Below the pieces are notes generated by a model. It worked only from the letters and a program-made list of their open reading frames with translations, was not told the origin of the DNA and did not search any database. Source: Eledone cirrhosa (lineage: Eukaryota). Taken from it: a stretch of DNA of 64,000 nucleotides. The stretch is taken from assembly GCA_964016885.1 (NCBI GenBank), contig OZ024752.1, positions 45,074,001 through 45,138,000 on the forward strand. Reading direction: 5' to 3'. Shown in pieces: positions 41,871-56,059 of the stretch (positions are counted from its first letter, which is position 1; every line of letters begins with the position of its first letter). The translations under genes were made by a program, and so were the position numbers.

Positions 41871-43424
41871 TATATATATATATCCCGTTTGTATGTTTGT
41901 CGTTATAGTGGCTTCTGTGGTATTCTTCGCTTAACCACAGTTTTCAATTTGTATGTTTATTAACGTATGTTTATTACTCTGAGATTTATCGATTTCATCT
42001 TATTGAGTGCTTCTTGCAAAGCTCCTGAATATTGTTCTTTCGTCGGATGTGAGTTGTTGCCGCAAATTCAATTTTACTCATATTATATATATATATATAT
42101 ACAGAAAGAGAGAGAGAGAGAGAGAGAAGGCAGATCGTTTTTATTAAAAGCCAGAGAATACCCAATATACAGCCTTTATCCTCCCTTTTCAATTCAATAA
42201 TAATTTACTATAGAAACTACACCGAAGGAACATATTAAACCAGAATTTAGAATGAATTGCTGTTTTCCTTTTAAACCGATGAATTAATTGTTTTGTGTTG
42301 AACTTAATTAATGCCCTATAATTAATTATATTGTTCGATCATTGATCTTGTAGTTTACAATTTCCTTTCAAACACATCATTTAATTATCTTTACCTGAAG
42401 TCATCTCCTCATACAATCTCTTGTACTTAAAAACATTACGAGATACCCAGCCAGTTAGTTAGTATTCCAATGTCTGCACACCGAATTTTTTCCCCCTTTC
42501 CGTTATCATATTTCTAATAAAAGACACTGCCTGTGATTTTCAAATAATTTTGAAAATAATAAAGAATTTTGATTGATTAACTAACATAATTATTATTTTT
42601 TTTTTTACCATTATTAAATTGTATTTTGTAACTTTACTTAACAAAGGTTCTTTGGTACAATTATGATGGATGTTTTATAAGATGAATATAAAACAATCTT
42701 AACATATTTCATATGAAAGATTCGGGATATGATTTTCAAGTAATTTTGAAAGCAATCAAAAGTCTGAAGGTATATTATTTATCTACTATTTGGAGCATAA
42801 TTTGAATGAGAATGTTACATTCTCATGTTTTCACGAGGGCAGTTTGTCCCGTTATTTAAATTTAGAGAGTCGTCTGATATCTGAATAATTTGAGAAAAGA
42901 ACTCTAGTGTAAGTTTTTTCGAGGTGGGGGGGGAGTTATCACGTTCTTCACTGTTGTGATTTATTGTCAAAAAGCACCGTGACTACCGACAGTTTCTACC
43001 TTATGTCGACGTTGATATCTTCATACATTTTTTATTTCTGTAAACTTAGCATTTAACAAATGTTCTTGCATCTTGTATGGTCGAACCAGGGTCAGTTTCG
43101 GGGAAACGCCCTTCTCCATTCTGTCCGCCAGGGCTGTGGGGAGGCCACCAATATGATTGACTGACTTGTCATTTTATCAGTCAACTGTTGCTGTCATATA
43201 TACACTATTGGGTATATATTGTCTATCTATCTGGCTTTTCACACACTCTCAGTTGACAACTTTGGAATATTCTTCAGCAGAAAGTTCGATGAAACCTATA
43301 TTATATGTTTTCATATATATTTCAAAGTATTTACACTCACATACCTTGTCTTAATTTGACATGATTTAGCTTAAAATCGATATTTCATTAAATACTGCCG
43401 ATTGAATATTAGTCTATAACAATA

Positions 43425-43576
43425 TATATTTTACGTACGTATGTATATATGTATGTATGTGAATATATATATGTATGTATATATGTATGTATGTGAATAT
43501 ATATATATATGAATATATATATATATATATATACACATATATATATATATACACACATATATATACACATATATAC

Positions 43577-43641
<65 letters not shown>

Positions 43642-43650
43642 TATATATAT

Positions 43651-43695
<45 letters not shown>

Positions 43696-43717
43696 TATAC
43701 ATATGGTATATATATAT
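43425..43717. repeat. (TA)/(CA) microsatellite
   Basis: Directly visible. Confidence 0.95.
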
Positions 43718-44211
43718 GAATTCAATTGTGTCCATTCACTGCTCCTGGATTCATACTTTATTTATCGACCCTAAAAAGAAGAAAGACAAAGGTGGCTTCC
43801 ACGGGATTTGAACTCAAAGTGCAGTGAACCAGAACATTTAATCTGATTTTCCAACGACTCTAGCAATTCGCCACCTCTATTTTTTTTCCTTTGTTCTCTC
43901 TAGTAAGTAACAAAATAAATCAATACTAAGTTACTTTCATTTTTATTGATTTTTATCTATCTTTAAGAATCTAAATAAAAACACAAGAAGAAAAGTAGAA
44001 TCAAAGAACGCCACCCACAACCATGATTGTGTGAAAAAAGTCAAATTGAATTAAATCTTAATCTTAAACCTTCTTTTATTGCCTCTTGTTACAGAAGGTT
44101 AGATGTCTACACTACATTAAGGTGACTGTTTAGATGTAGCATCGTCGAAAGGTTAACATGTAACCCTTTTCTTTTCAGATGTTCCGTGTGAGTTACTCAG
44201 TACCACCATCA

Positions 44212-44255
<44 letters not shown>

Positions 44256-44430
44256 GATTATGTAACGAAGCTTATCAAATAAAATAGACACAGCTTCGGT
44301 AGTTTCCTCACTCACCCAATAATTTAATTAAGTCCGAATCATTAAAACTCGAACTCAACTGGGTTAGAGTGTACACTTAAACGTTAATCAATGAGGAAGA
44401 CGACTTCGTGTGGGTAGGAAATTTAAGTTA

Positions 44431-44559
44431 CCCAAACCGATGTACCAGTTTCTGTGGTTCCAATCTTGCGGCGGTGGTTCCAATAGAACCACCATCTGCA
44501 GAAATTAGGTAATGTTAGTATACATTACGTAATTATGCAGGAACCACTTCATCAGCGGG
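44431..44559 (-). ncRNA. Type I hammerhead ribozyme with branched stem II
   Basis: cccg CTGATGA a gtggttcc [two hairpins] ggaaccac a GAAA ctggt ac atcgg TT tggg. Confidence 0.65.
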
Positions 44560-44948
44560 AATACATACATACATGCATTCATACGTACATACATATATAC
44601 ATACATACATACATACATACATACATACATACATAAGGATGAAGGCTTACACAAAGGAAGACGACAATTTCCTTTTCTTTGTAACCTTAACACCGGGAAA
44701 TTGGCCGGTCAAAATAAGGTCAAAATTAATTAAATATATTGAAAAATTTGATCATAACCTTTAATCGATTTTTTAACTGAATTGGTTACTGATCTGAGGA
44801 TATGTATATCACCTAAACCTCCACAATTTATTGTTATTTTGTTCTTTGTTTACAAGATTATGTAAATTCCCCCGTCTTTGTCTATTTGTATTGTTGCTTG
44901 TTGGCTTTTTTGTCCCTAGTGGCCAATAAAAAAAGAATTATTATATGT

Positions 44949-44949
<1 letters not shown>

Positions 44950-45019
<70 letters not shown>

Positions 45020-45020
45020 A

Positions 45021-45051
<31 letters not shown>

Positions 45052-45060
45052 AACACACAT

Positions 45061-45110
<50 letters not shown>

Positions 45111-45490
45111 CCACACACACATGTATATATATAGTTAGAGACAGTGTTTTGCCTACGTATGATTTTGTGTATGTGTATGTGCAGATATATGTGTATGTAT
45201 ATATATGTGTTTGAGTATGTGCGTATCTATGTCTGTATATGTATGTGTGTTTGAGTGTGTATGTATATATGTGTGTGTATATATGTATGTATGTATGTAT
45301 ATATATATATATATGTATGTATGTGTGTATATATGTATGTATGTATGTATATATATATATATATATGTATGTATGTGTGTATATATGTATGTATGTATGT
45401 GTGTATATGTGTGTATGTATATATGTGTGTATATATGTATGTATGTGTGTATGTATATATATATCTATGTGTGTGTGTATATGTATGTAC
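44950..45490. repeat. (CA)n and (TATG)n microsatellites
   Basis: Directly visible. Confidence 0.9.
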
Positions 45491-45574
45491 AGGTTTTTCT
45501 GTGCAAAACCAAAAGATTTTAGTTTATTTTGACAAATTTCTTGGTTTTTATGCTTATTGTTCCATCAATCTAAA

Positions 45575-46258
45575 ATACTACTACCACCACCACCACCACT
45601 ACTACCACCACTACTACCACCACCACCACCACCACCACTACCACCACTACCACCACCACCACCACTACTACCACCACTACTACCACCACCACCACCACTA
45701 CTACCACCACCACCACTACCACCACTACTACTACCACCACCACGACCACCACCACCACCACCACCACCACCACCACCACCACCACTACCACCACCACCAC
45801 CACCACCACTACTACCACCACCACCACCACCACCACCACTACTACCACCACCACCACTACCACCACCACTACTACCACCACCACTACTACTACCACCACT
45901 ACTACCACCACCACCACCACCACCACCACCACTACCACCACCACCACCACCACCACCACCACCACCACTACCACCACCGCTACTACCACCACCACCACCA
46001 CCACTACTACCACCACCACTACTACTACCACCACTACTACTACCACCACCACTACCACCACCACCACCACCACCACCACCACCACCACCACCACCACCAC
46101 CACTACCACCACCACTACTACCACCACCACCACCACCACTACCACCACCACCACCACTACCACCACCACCACCACCACCACCACCACCACCACCACCACC
46201 ACCACCACCACTACCACCACCACCACTACCACCACCACCACCACTACCACCACCACTA
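45575..46258. repeat. (CAC/TAC)n trinucleotide array, ~680 bp
   Basis: Directly visible. Confidence 0.97.
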
Positions 46259-46313
46259 CATATATATATGTGTCTAATGGTAGCTAAGATGCTTCCATAA
46301 GCAGTATGCCGGT

Positions 46314-46364
<51 letters not shown>

Positions 46365-46768
46365 CGAGAGAGAGAGAGAGAGGAAGCTGGGCAGGGATTG
46401 AATAAATAAGAAGGATGTTATTGTTGATGTTGTTGTTGTTTCAGTTAAGTTGATTTATTTCCCGTTGCCGTACATTATTCAAATGTAAATGTGGAATTTG
46501 GCATTATTATTATTGTTCTTGTTTTTAACATTAAATCTACTTCTGTTGAAGTTTTATCTATACAACATTTCATTGAATATTGTGAGAATATTCCGTTAAA
46601 GTCTTCAACCAATCTCTTTAGACAAACAATTTGTTCTGCTAGAGGATTCCAGCAGAATTTTAGTAACTTCATTCTTGGAAATCTATAAATAGATTCCATT
46701 TTATATTTAGTTCTTCTCGAGTTATTTTTTTCTTTTATATATATATTTTTTTTTACAATTTGACCGAT

Positions 46769-47748
46769 ATTAGATATAGTTTTGACCAACATTAGATATA
46801 GTTTTGACCAACATTAGATATAGTTTTGACCAACATTAGATATAGTTTTGACCAACATTAGATATAGTTTTGACCAACGTTAGATATAGTTTTGACCAAC
46901 ATTAGATATAGTTTTGACCAACATTAGATATAGTTTTGACCAATGTTAGATATAGTTTTGACCAACATTAGATATAGTTTTGACCAACATTAGATATAGT
47001 TTTGACCAACGTTAGATATAGTTTTGACCAACATTAGATATAGTTTTGACCAACATTAGATATAGTTTTGACCAATGTTAGATATAGTTTTGACCAACAT
47101 TAGATATAGTTTTGACCAACATTAGATATAGTTTTGACCAATGTTAGATATAGTTTTGACCAACATTAGATATAGTTTTGACCAACATTAGATATAGTTT
47201 TGACCAACATTAGATATAGTTTTGACCAATGTTAGATATAGTTTTGACCAACATTAGATATAGTTTTGACCAATGTTAGATATAGTTTTGACCAACATTA
47301 GATATAGTTTTGACCAATGTTAGATATAGTTTTGACCAACATTAGATATAGTTTTGACCAATGTTAGATATAGTTTTGACCAACATTAGATATAGTTTTG
47401 ACCAATGTTAGATATAGTTTTGACCAACATTAGATATAGTTTTGACCAATGTTAGATATAGTTTTGACCAACATTAGATATAGTTTTGACCAATGTTAGA
47501 TATAGTTTTGACCAACATTAGATATAGTTTTGACCAACATTAGATATAGTTTTGACCAATGTTAGATATAGTTTTGACCAACATTAGATATAGTTTTGAC
47601 CAACATTAGATATAGTTTTGACCAACATTAGATATAGTTTTGACCAATGTTAGATATAGTTTTGACCAACATTAGATATAGTTTTGACCAATGTTAGATA
47701 TAGTTTTGACCAACATTAGATATAGTTTTGACCAATGTTAGATATAGT
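46769..47748 (+). repeat. 22-bp minisatellite, ~44 copies
   Basis: Unit attagatatagttttgaccaac, with caat-gtt and caac-gtt variants. Confidence 0.97.
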
Positions 47749-47794
47749 ATATTTTAACCTTTTTCTTGTCATATTTTTCATGAATGACTGCCTA

Positions 47795-48055
47795 TGACTG
47801 AGCAAGACACTTTATTTCATGTTGCTCCAGTTTACTCAGCTGTAGAAATGAGCTGCGATGTCACTGGTGCTAAGCTATATCAGCCATTGCCTTTCCTTTG
47901 GACAACATCAGTGGCATGGAGGGGGGGGGACTGGTATATATAGGTGACTGCTGGTCTTCCATAAACAACCTTACCCAGACTTGTGCTTCGGAGGGGAACT
48001 CTCTAGGTGCAAATCCCTTCGTCATTCATGACTGAAGGGGTATTTTACCCTTTTT
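47795..48055 (+). mobile_element. Meta/V-like SINE body and tail, headless
   Basis: tgagcaagacactttatttca...tttactcagctgtagaaatgag. Confidence 0.65.
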
Positions 48056-49188
48056 TAATAACAATCAAAAGATAGAAATGTTTATGTTAGTTCATGGATC
48101 CCAGGACTATTTTTTTTGTACCCCACCCCCTACAGGTTTGGATGCCCTGCTCTAAGCACAGCCTGACAATGTTGACCATTATCAAATTGGTGGAACTGTT
48201 AAAGAGTTAGATGTTATGTGTTACAGTATCAGATCCATCAATGTGTGTTCTCAATTCAAATCTTGCCTCCTCCTTCCAGGAGAGGAAGCAACTGACACAT
48301 CATATCAACAATTGAAAGACCTACAGAAACATTGTTTCCTTGGTCTGATCTCATCATTGACTCCTTTCACTGTTCAAGTAGATTTTTGACTGTGTTTGTA
48401 TTTCTAGATAGTGAAATATTATGTAAGGAATCTTAAATTGTGTTTGCTGTCAGAGTTTTCTTTTTTTATATTTAAACGAATCAAAACCCAATATCTATGG
48501 TGAGCAGCCTTACGAAAATGTCCCCCCCCCCCCTTCTCCACCTCTCTCTCTCTCCATGGGTTCTAAATCTTAACAAGATTGTCTTTTGGAGTAAGGACAA
48601 ACCAGCAGGGAGGATATTACTTGCTTCATAAAATTCATTCACCAACAGGCAATACATTTACTGCTGCCAAAATTTCTTATTTTAAGCCTTCTATCAGAAT
48701 ATATTACCTGAAAGCAAATGAAAAGCACCTATGATTTATATAATTCAGCTGCCCTGGCTTCATAAACCTGACAGGTATCTCCTGAAGTATCTGAACTAAT
48801 CTAAGCTAAATAACAATCACAAATCTTTGTTGTAGTAGTTATTGTTTTACCCCAAGGTCGGATCGATCAAATACCTTGAACCCTAGACCATCCTATCATT
48901 TTTTTTTTCAAACTGGTCTTCTATTTTAAGATAGAACTGTAAGATCTGAGGGCAATTTGATTGTGATTTCTAACGAGAAAACAAGAAAAGGTGGAAGGGT
49001 CATGTAACTATACTTACATTGGCTTATCAGAAGTATTGTCAATGGATGGTAGAGCTTTGTAAAACAAGGAGTACTGTGGTGCCCTTCCTAATGCCAACCA
49101 CTTTGACAGTGTGTGCTGAGGGCTTTTTGTCGTGACACCTACATGAACACTTTACAGTGTGGGCTGGATGTTTTGTGGTACCAGCATA

Positions 49189-49224
<36 letters not shown>

Positions 49225-49271
49225 CATGACAATGATATACATACACACACACATATATATATGTATATATA

Positions 49272-49623
49272 TATTAGAAAGTGAGGTTTTTTTACAAAAT
49301 GAAAAATAAACGAGGTGTCCTACACGAGTGAAAGTATAAGGAAAAAAGATGAAATCGAAAATGCAACTGGAGTCTTTTTTTTTTTTTAAATATATTTATT
49401 TGGTTCCTTTACCAGTTTCGCAGTTCTTCTGCTTTTCAAAAGTAGAATTGAGATGGAGGGTCTGTGGTTTTTCTCTCGGATGTGAGAAAAACCACAAACC
49501 CTCCATCTCAACTCTACTTTTGAAAAGCAGAAGAACTGCGAAACTGGTAAAGGAACCAAATAAATATATTTAAAAAAAAAAAAGACTCCAGTTGCATTTT
49601 CGATTTCATCTTTTTTCCTTATA
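49272..49623. mobile_element. Family C pseudo-LTR element with ~290-bp palindrome (49335-49623) and two divergent hammerheads
   Basis: Near-perfect arms; HHR folds at 49516-49553 (+) and 49406-49443 (-); homologous to 18875-19025. Confidence 0.8.
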
Positions 49624-50504
49624 TATATATATATATACCATATATATGCGTGCATATATATATACATACCATATATGGTCAGAAATGCTGCTCTGTTTAA
49701 ATTTGACGCAGATCAATGATAATGATATTGGCATGTTTTTAAGGATAAGAGTTTGTCCGGTCACATTGAAATTAAAGATTAAATATATAAATAGATACAT
49801 TTTGGAAAAGACACAAATGAAATACATATACAGACACATTGGCGTAGCAGGCACACACACAGATACACCCGAACATACATTCATATACACATACACACAC
49901 ATACATAGATGCATGGAAACACACACTTATATACACACACACACATATATAGACCCATGGAAACACACACTTATATACACACACACATATATAGACCCAT
50001 GGAAACACACACTCATATACACAAACAGACACATGCGTAGACTCATGAAAACATACACTTATATACATACACATACAACCTAACATACACATACATACAC
50101 ACACAAATACATACATACATAAATGCATATGCACATGCACACATACATACACACATACACACACACACACACACATACACACACACACACACACATACAC
50201 ACACACACACATACACACATACACACACACATACACACACACAGTCATGTTTCCTTTTCTAAGTCACGAATTAGGACTAAAGGGAAATTTAGTTTTGCAT
50301 TATTTAAACCTGTTCGTTTTATAGAAAACGTTTAAAATTCTGAATAACAGCGAATAAATTAACTTTTTTTTATGACAGTAATCTGGTTAACATTGTCTTT
50401 TTAACCCTTCTCCTTCTCATCCTCCTCCTTCTTCTTTGTCTTCTTCTTCTTCTTCTTCTTCTCATTATCCTTTCTGGCCTTGTGCCTAAAGTAGAAACAA
50501 TTAT

Positions 50505-51695
50505 TATCATTATCCTTCACCCACTTATTCCTGAGAGGGTCGTGGGGTCAGAGTCCTGAAACACTCCTTCCAGTGGGTCCTGTCAGCAGCAACTATCTCC
50601 AACTGATCTGACTGGATCCGCCAAGCGAGACCAGCCAAGCTCATGGATGTTACCCAACCACCTTGTGCAAGGTTTATCTCTGGGTCTCTTGCTAGTTGGT
50701 TTTGTCTGTAAAAATCTGTCCAGCGATTCTTACCTGAGACATTCTAACCACATGTCCTCCATAGTATCAGAGCTGTGATCTCTCAATTAGGAGAAGTAGC
50801 AGCTCTACCTGGAGTAACTCTCCAGTGATTCTTACCTGAGACATTCTAACCACATGTCCTCCATAGTATCGGAGCTGTGGTCTCTCAATTAGGAGAAGTA
50901 GCAGCTCTACCTGGAGTAACTCTCCAGTGATTCTTACCTGAGACATTCTAACCACATGTCCTCCATAGTATCGGAGCTGTGGTCTCTCAATTAGGAGAAG
51001 TAGCAGCTCTACCTGGAGTAACTCTCCAGTGATTCTTACCTGAGACATTCTAACCACATGTCCTCCATAGTATCAGAGCTGTGATCTCTCAATTAGGAGA
51101 AGTAGCAGCTCTACCTGGAGTAACTCTCCAGTGATTCTTACCTGAGACATTCTAACCACATGTCCTCCATAGTATCGGAGCTGTGGTCTCTCAATTAGGA
51201 GAAGTAGCAGCTCTACCTGGAGTAACTCTCCAGTGATTCTTACCTGAGACATTCTAACCACATGTCCTCCATAGTATCAGAGCTGTGATCTCTCAATTAG
51301 GAGAAGTAGCAGCTCTACCTGGAGTAACTCTCCAGTGATTCTTACCTGAGACATTCTAACCACATGTCCTCCATAGTATCAGAGCTGTGATCTCTCAATT
51401 TGGAGAAGTAGCAGCTCTACCTGGAGTAACTCTCCAGCAATTCTTTCCTCAGACATCCTAACCACATGTCCTCCATAGTATCAGAGCTGTGATCTCTCAA
51501 TTAGGAGAAGTAGCAGCTCTACCTGGAGTAACTCTCCAGTGATTCTTACCTGAGACATTCTAACCACATGTCCTCCATAGTATCAGAGCTGTGATCTCTC
51601 AATTTGGAGAAGTAGCAGCTCTACCTGGAGTGACTCTCTGATCTCTGAGCTACAGATCTGTCCTGCGATTCTTTCCTGAGATATTCTAACCATAT
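50505..51695 (-). mobile_element. RTE-clade LINE 3' end with internal tandem expansion
   Basis: LLLLIERSQLRYYGGHVVRMSQ (QLRW.GHV.RM motif); 3' terminus shared with 15052-15140. Confidence 0.8.
50725..51640 (-). repeat. 102-bp minisatellite, ~9 copies, LINE-derived
   Basis: Units start at 50725, 50827, 50929 and so on; period 102. Confidence 0.95.
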
Positions 51696-52179
51696 TTCTA
51701 GTGAAAGACACTGCCCATGTTTGTCAAATAATTTTGTAAATAATCAACAATCTGCCCTCAGCCCTCAACCCTCAGCTGTCAACCCTCTACCCTCTGCCCT
51801 AAATTCTCAGCCCTCAATCCCAAGTCCTCAGTCCTCGACTGATCTATTGCTGTTCAATAACACAAATGAAATGACTGTCAATCAACAATTTTAACATGTG
51901 CCAGATATTGGTCAAGAATTTATTTGATTCTCCATTTCTAGCCAGAAATACCTGACATTGATCTGTGTCTCACCTGACACAATGCCAAATATTGTAGGTT
52001 TCAAGGGTTTAATCAATTAGAGATTGATTTCAGTAATTTCCTTAGATACTAGACTCATTGATCTTGTCAAAGGACAAAAATTATAGTTATTATTTTATGA
52101 TGATGATGATAATCATCATCATCATCATATACATCATCATCATCAACATCACCATCATCAGTCATCATCATCATCATAG

Positions 52180-52249
<70 letters not shown>

Positions 52250-52660
52250 GTGTATGTGTGTATATATATATGTATGTGTGTGTATATATATGTATGTGTG
52301 TATATATATATGTATGTGTGTATATATATATATGTGTGTGTGTATATATATGTGTGTGTGTGTATATATATATATGTGTGTGTGTATATATATATATGTG
52401 TATGTGTGTATATATATATATGTGTATGTGTGTATATATATATATGTGTATGTGTGTATATATATATATGTGTATGTGTGTATATATATATATGTGTATG
52501 TGTGTATATATATATATGTGTATGTGTGTATATATATATATGTGTGTATGTGTGTATATATATATGTGTGTGTATGTGTGTATATATATATGTGTGTATA
52601 TATATATATATATGTGTGTGTATATATATATATATATGTGTGTGTGTATATATATATATA

Positions 52661-52711
<51 letters not shown>

Positions 52712-52783
52712 ATATATATATATGTGTGTATGTGTTGCAAGAGATGTCAACATGAATGGACCTGTTATTTTTCTCTGAAAACA

Positions 52784-52957
52784 TTTTTCCAATTCCACCC
52801 CGCCCGTCCCCTCAATCTATCTTATTTCTCATTCTTTCTTCTGATGAAGGACTAGCGTCTGAAACGTTAAGACCCTCTTCCTGCTATATCAAGCGTTAAC
52901 CGCATATATTCCTTCCATATACTGTACTGATTGTGTTGTTATTTCTGTTTACCTTTT
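52784..52957 (+). mobile_element. Penelope-like pseudo-LTR, family A
   Basis: Homologous to 33765-33936 and 2653-2738. Confidence 0.75.
52837..52872 (+). ncRNA. Minimal type I hammerhead ribozyme
   Basis: tctt CTGATGA a ggac tagc gtct GAAA cg TT aaga. Confidence 0.72.
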
Positions 52958-53116
52958 ACATACATATATATATATATGTGTGTATATATATATATGTATA
53001 TATATATGTGTGTGTGTGTGTGTGTAAATATGTGTGTGTGTATGTATATATGTGTGTGTGTATATATATGTGTGTGTGTGTATATATATATGTGTGTGTG
53101 TGTGTATATATATATA

Positions 53117-53701
<585 letters not shown>

Positions 53702-54054
53702 TTGTGACATCTTCACAAACAGCTGTGACCAGAAGTAAATAAAACAAAAATAAATTAATTTATTTTAAATGAAAAACAAAAACTAAAACAGCCCCCAAAA
53801 CCAACCAAATTTGACTGATTTTGTTGAAAGATTAAAAATGTAAAGCTTAGCACTCCTCTGTTGAGACAAGTTGACGCTTTGATAGAAGAGGCCTTAGGTT
53901 AATCAGTGCACGATTATTGATCTTGGAAGTTGTTGTTTACAGTTTTGCGGGTTATCATCATCATCATCATCATCATTCTATGTCCCTTTTCCTCACTAGC
54001 ATGGGTTGGATGTGTTGGGTGGCTTGTCACATATTCCAACACCAGATAGAATCG

Positions 54055-54371
54055 TATATATATATATATTTATATATATATTTATATATATTTATATATA
54101 TATTTATATATATTATATATTTATATATATTTATATATATATTTATATATATATTTATATATATATATATATATTTATATATATTTATATATATATATTT
54201 ATATATATTTATATATATATATATTTATATATATATATTTATATATATATTTATATATATATTTATATATATATTTATATATATATTTATATATATATTT
54301 ATATATATATTTATATATATATTTATATATATATTTATATATATATTTATATATATATTTATATATATATT

Positions 54372-54402
<31 letters not shown>

Positions 54403-54653
54403 ATATTTATATATATATATATATTTATATATATATTTATATATATATATATATTTATATATATATTTATATATATATATATATTTATATATATATTTAT
54501 ATATATTTATATATATTTATATATATATTTATATATATATTTATATATATTTATATATATATTTATATATATATTTATATATATATTTATATATATTTAT
54601 ATATATATTTATATATATATTTATATATATTTATATATATTTATTTATATATA

Positions 54654-54684
<31 letters not shown>

Positions 54685-54848
54685 ATTATATATATATATA
54701 TTATATATATATATTTATATTATATATATTTATATATATATATTATATATATATATTTATATTATATATATATATTTATATTATATATATATATTTATAT
54801 TTATATTATATATATATATTTATATATATATTATATATATATATATTT
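54055..54848. repeat. TA-only array (tatatatattta)n
   Basis: Directly visible. Confidence 0.95.
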
Positions 54849-55195
54849 GGAGGCACATGGCTTAGTGGTTAGAGCATTGGCCTTGCAATCGAAAGGTTGT
54901 GAGTTCAATTCTCAGACCTGGTGATGTGTTGTTTCCTTGAGCAAGACACTTTATTTCAAATTGCTCCAGTTTACTCAGCTGTAGAAATGAGATGATAGGG
55001 ACTGGGTTCCCTATCATTCCACTGCAAAGTGGTCGTGGAGGTGCCACGGCAAAAAAGCACCCAGCACTCACTGTAAATGAGGTTGGTGTTAGGAAGGGCA
55101 TCCAGCTGTAGAAATCAAGCCAGAATCAGTTCCCGTCCCACCCTTGCAAGCAGGGAAAAGTGGACGTAAAAAGAAATGATGATGATGATGATGAT
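54849..55195 (+). mobile_element. Full-length tRNA SINE (Meta/V-like) with RTE-related tail and (GAT)n end
   Basis: A box tggcttagtggtt, B box gagttcaattc; tail ggtgttaggaagggcatcca is shared with the RTE 3' UTR at ~37310-37335 (-). Confidence 0.8.
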
Positions 55196-55198
55196 ATT

Positions 55199-55229
<31 letters not shown>

Positions 55230-55424
55230 ATATATATTCATTAAAATAACAGATTAAAGTTTAAGCAAAGAATTGCTGCTTTCACCCTTAACGGGATCTA
55301 ATATATTTGATATATATTTATCCCTATCGAGCCTTCTTTGGATTTTAGTCTTCAAATTTATTATTATTACTATGTATATATACACACATATATATATTTA
55401 TATATATACATATATCTGTGTGTA

Positions 55425-55613
55425 TATATATATATAAAACAAGGACAAATGGTTACTCCTTCATTATGTTTATTTGTTGGTGACCCACATTTTGCTATTG
55501 ATCAGCTCAAGGTTCGATCTGTATCGAACTAGCCCGACTCTGGAATCATTGGCTCATCGGACCTCAGTGGTAGTAATGGAGTAACCATTCGTCCTTGTTT
55601 TATTATACTACAC

Positions 55614-55617
<4 letters not shown>
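55425..55617. mobile_element. Foldback element in (TA)n with a degenerate hammerhead on the minus strand (55479-55563)
   Basis: Terminal IR ataaaacaaggac.aatggttactcc. Minus strand: ggt CcGATGA gccaatgat...atcaatagc aAAA t gtgg g TC acc. Confidence 0.55.
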
Positions 55618-55654
<37 letters not shown>

Positions 55655-56059
55655 AGGTGTATAATCAAAGTCGCAGCTGCAAGTAGCAGATGACTGTTCA
55701 AATCATCGAAGACTGCCACAAAGCACTCAATGAAAGAGGAATTAATAAATAGATTCAAGATATATCTCACGGCAATATGAAACTGGTGTATTATATGACA
55801 TGTTCACAAAAGAAGAGAAATTGTCATGGCTGAGTTGTGAGTACGAAGCTCCTGTCTAGAATATTAAATGGAAGGACATGATCACACATCACTGAAGATC
55901 AGAGCAGCAAAACACATTAAACCTTTAGCATTTAAACCGACCATATCTGGCCAGAATTTTCTTACCTTTTTTTGTTCAAACCAGCTGTAACTGGCCACTC
56001 ATACTGATGTTAAGGTATTGTTCTCAAAATAAATAACATAAAAATCTCATAGATTCAAT

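Noticed and set aside
43090-43175. HDV-like ribozyme hint on the minus strand (gtg-gcctccc-cac, GG, CGAA)
   Set aside because: No P1 5' strand, and the putative P2 is not adjacent to P3.
45255-46300. Poly-Pro/His/Val ORFs resembling formin or extensin
   Set aside because: Pure (CAC/TAC)n, open in several frames, with no flanking domain or splice support.
46769-47748. CRISPR-like appearance of tandem arrays (also 10110, 50725, 56060)
   Set aside because: No unique spacers, no cas genes, eukaryotic context.
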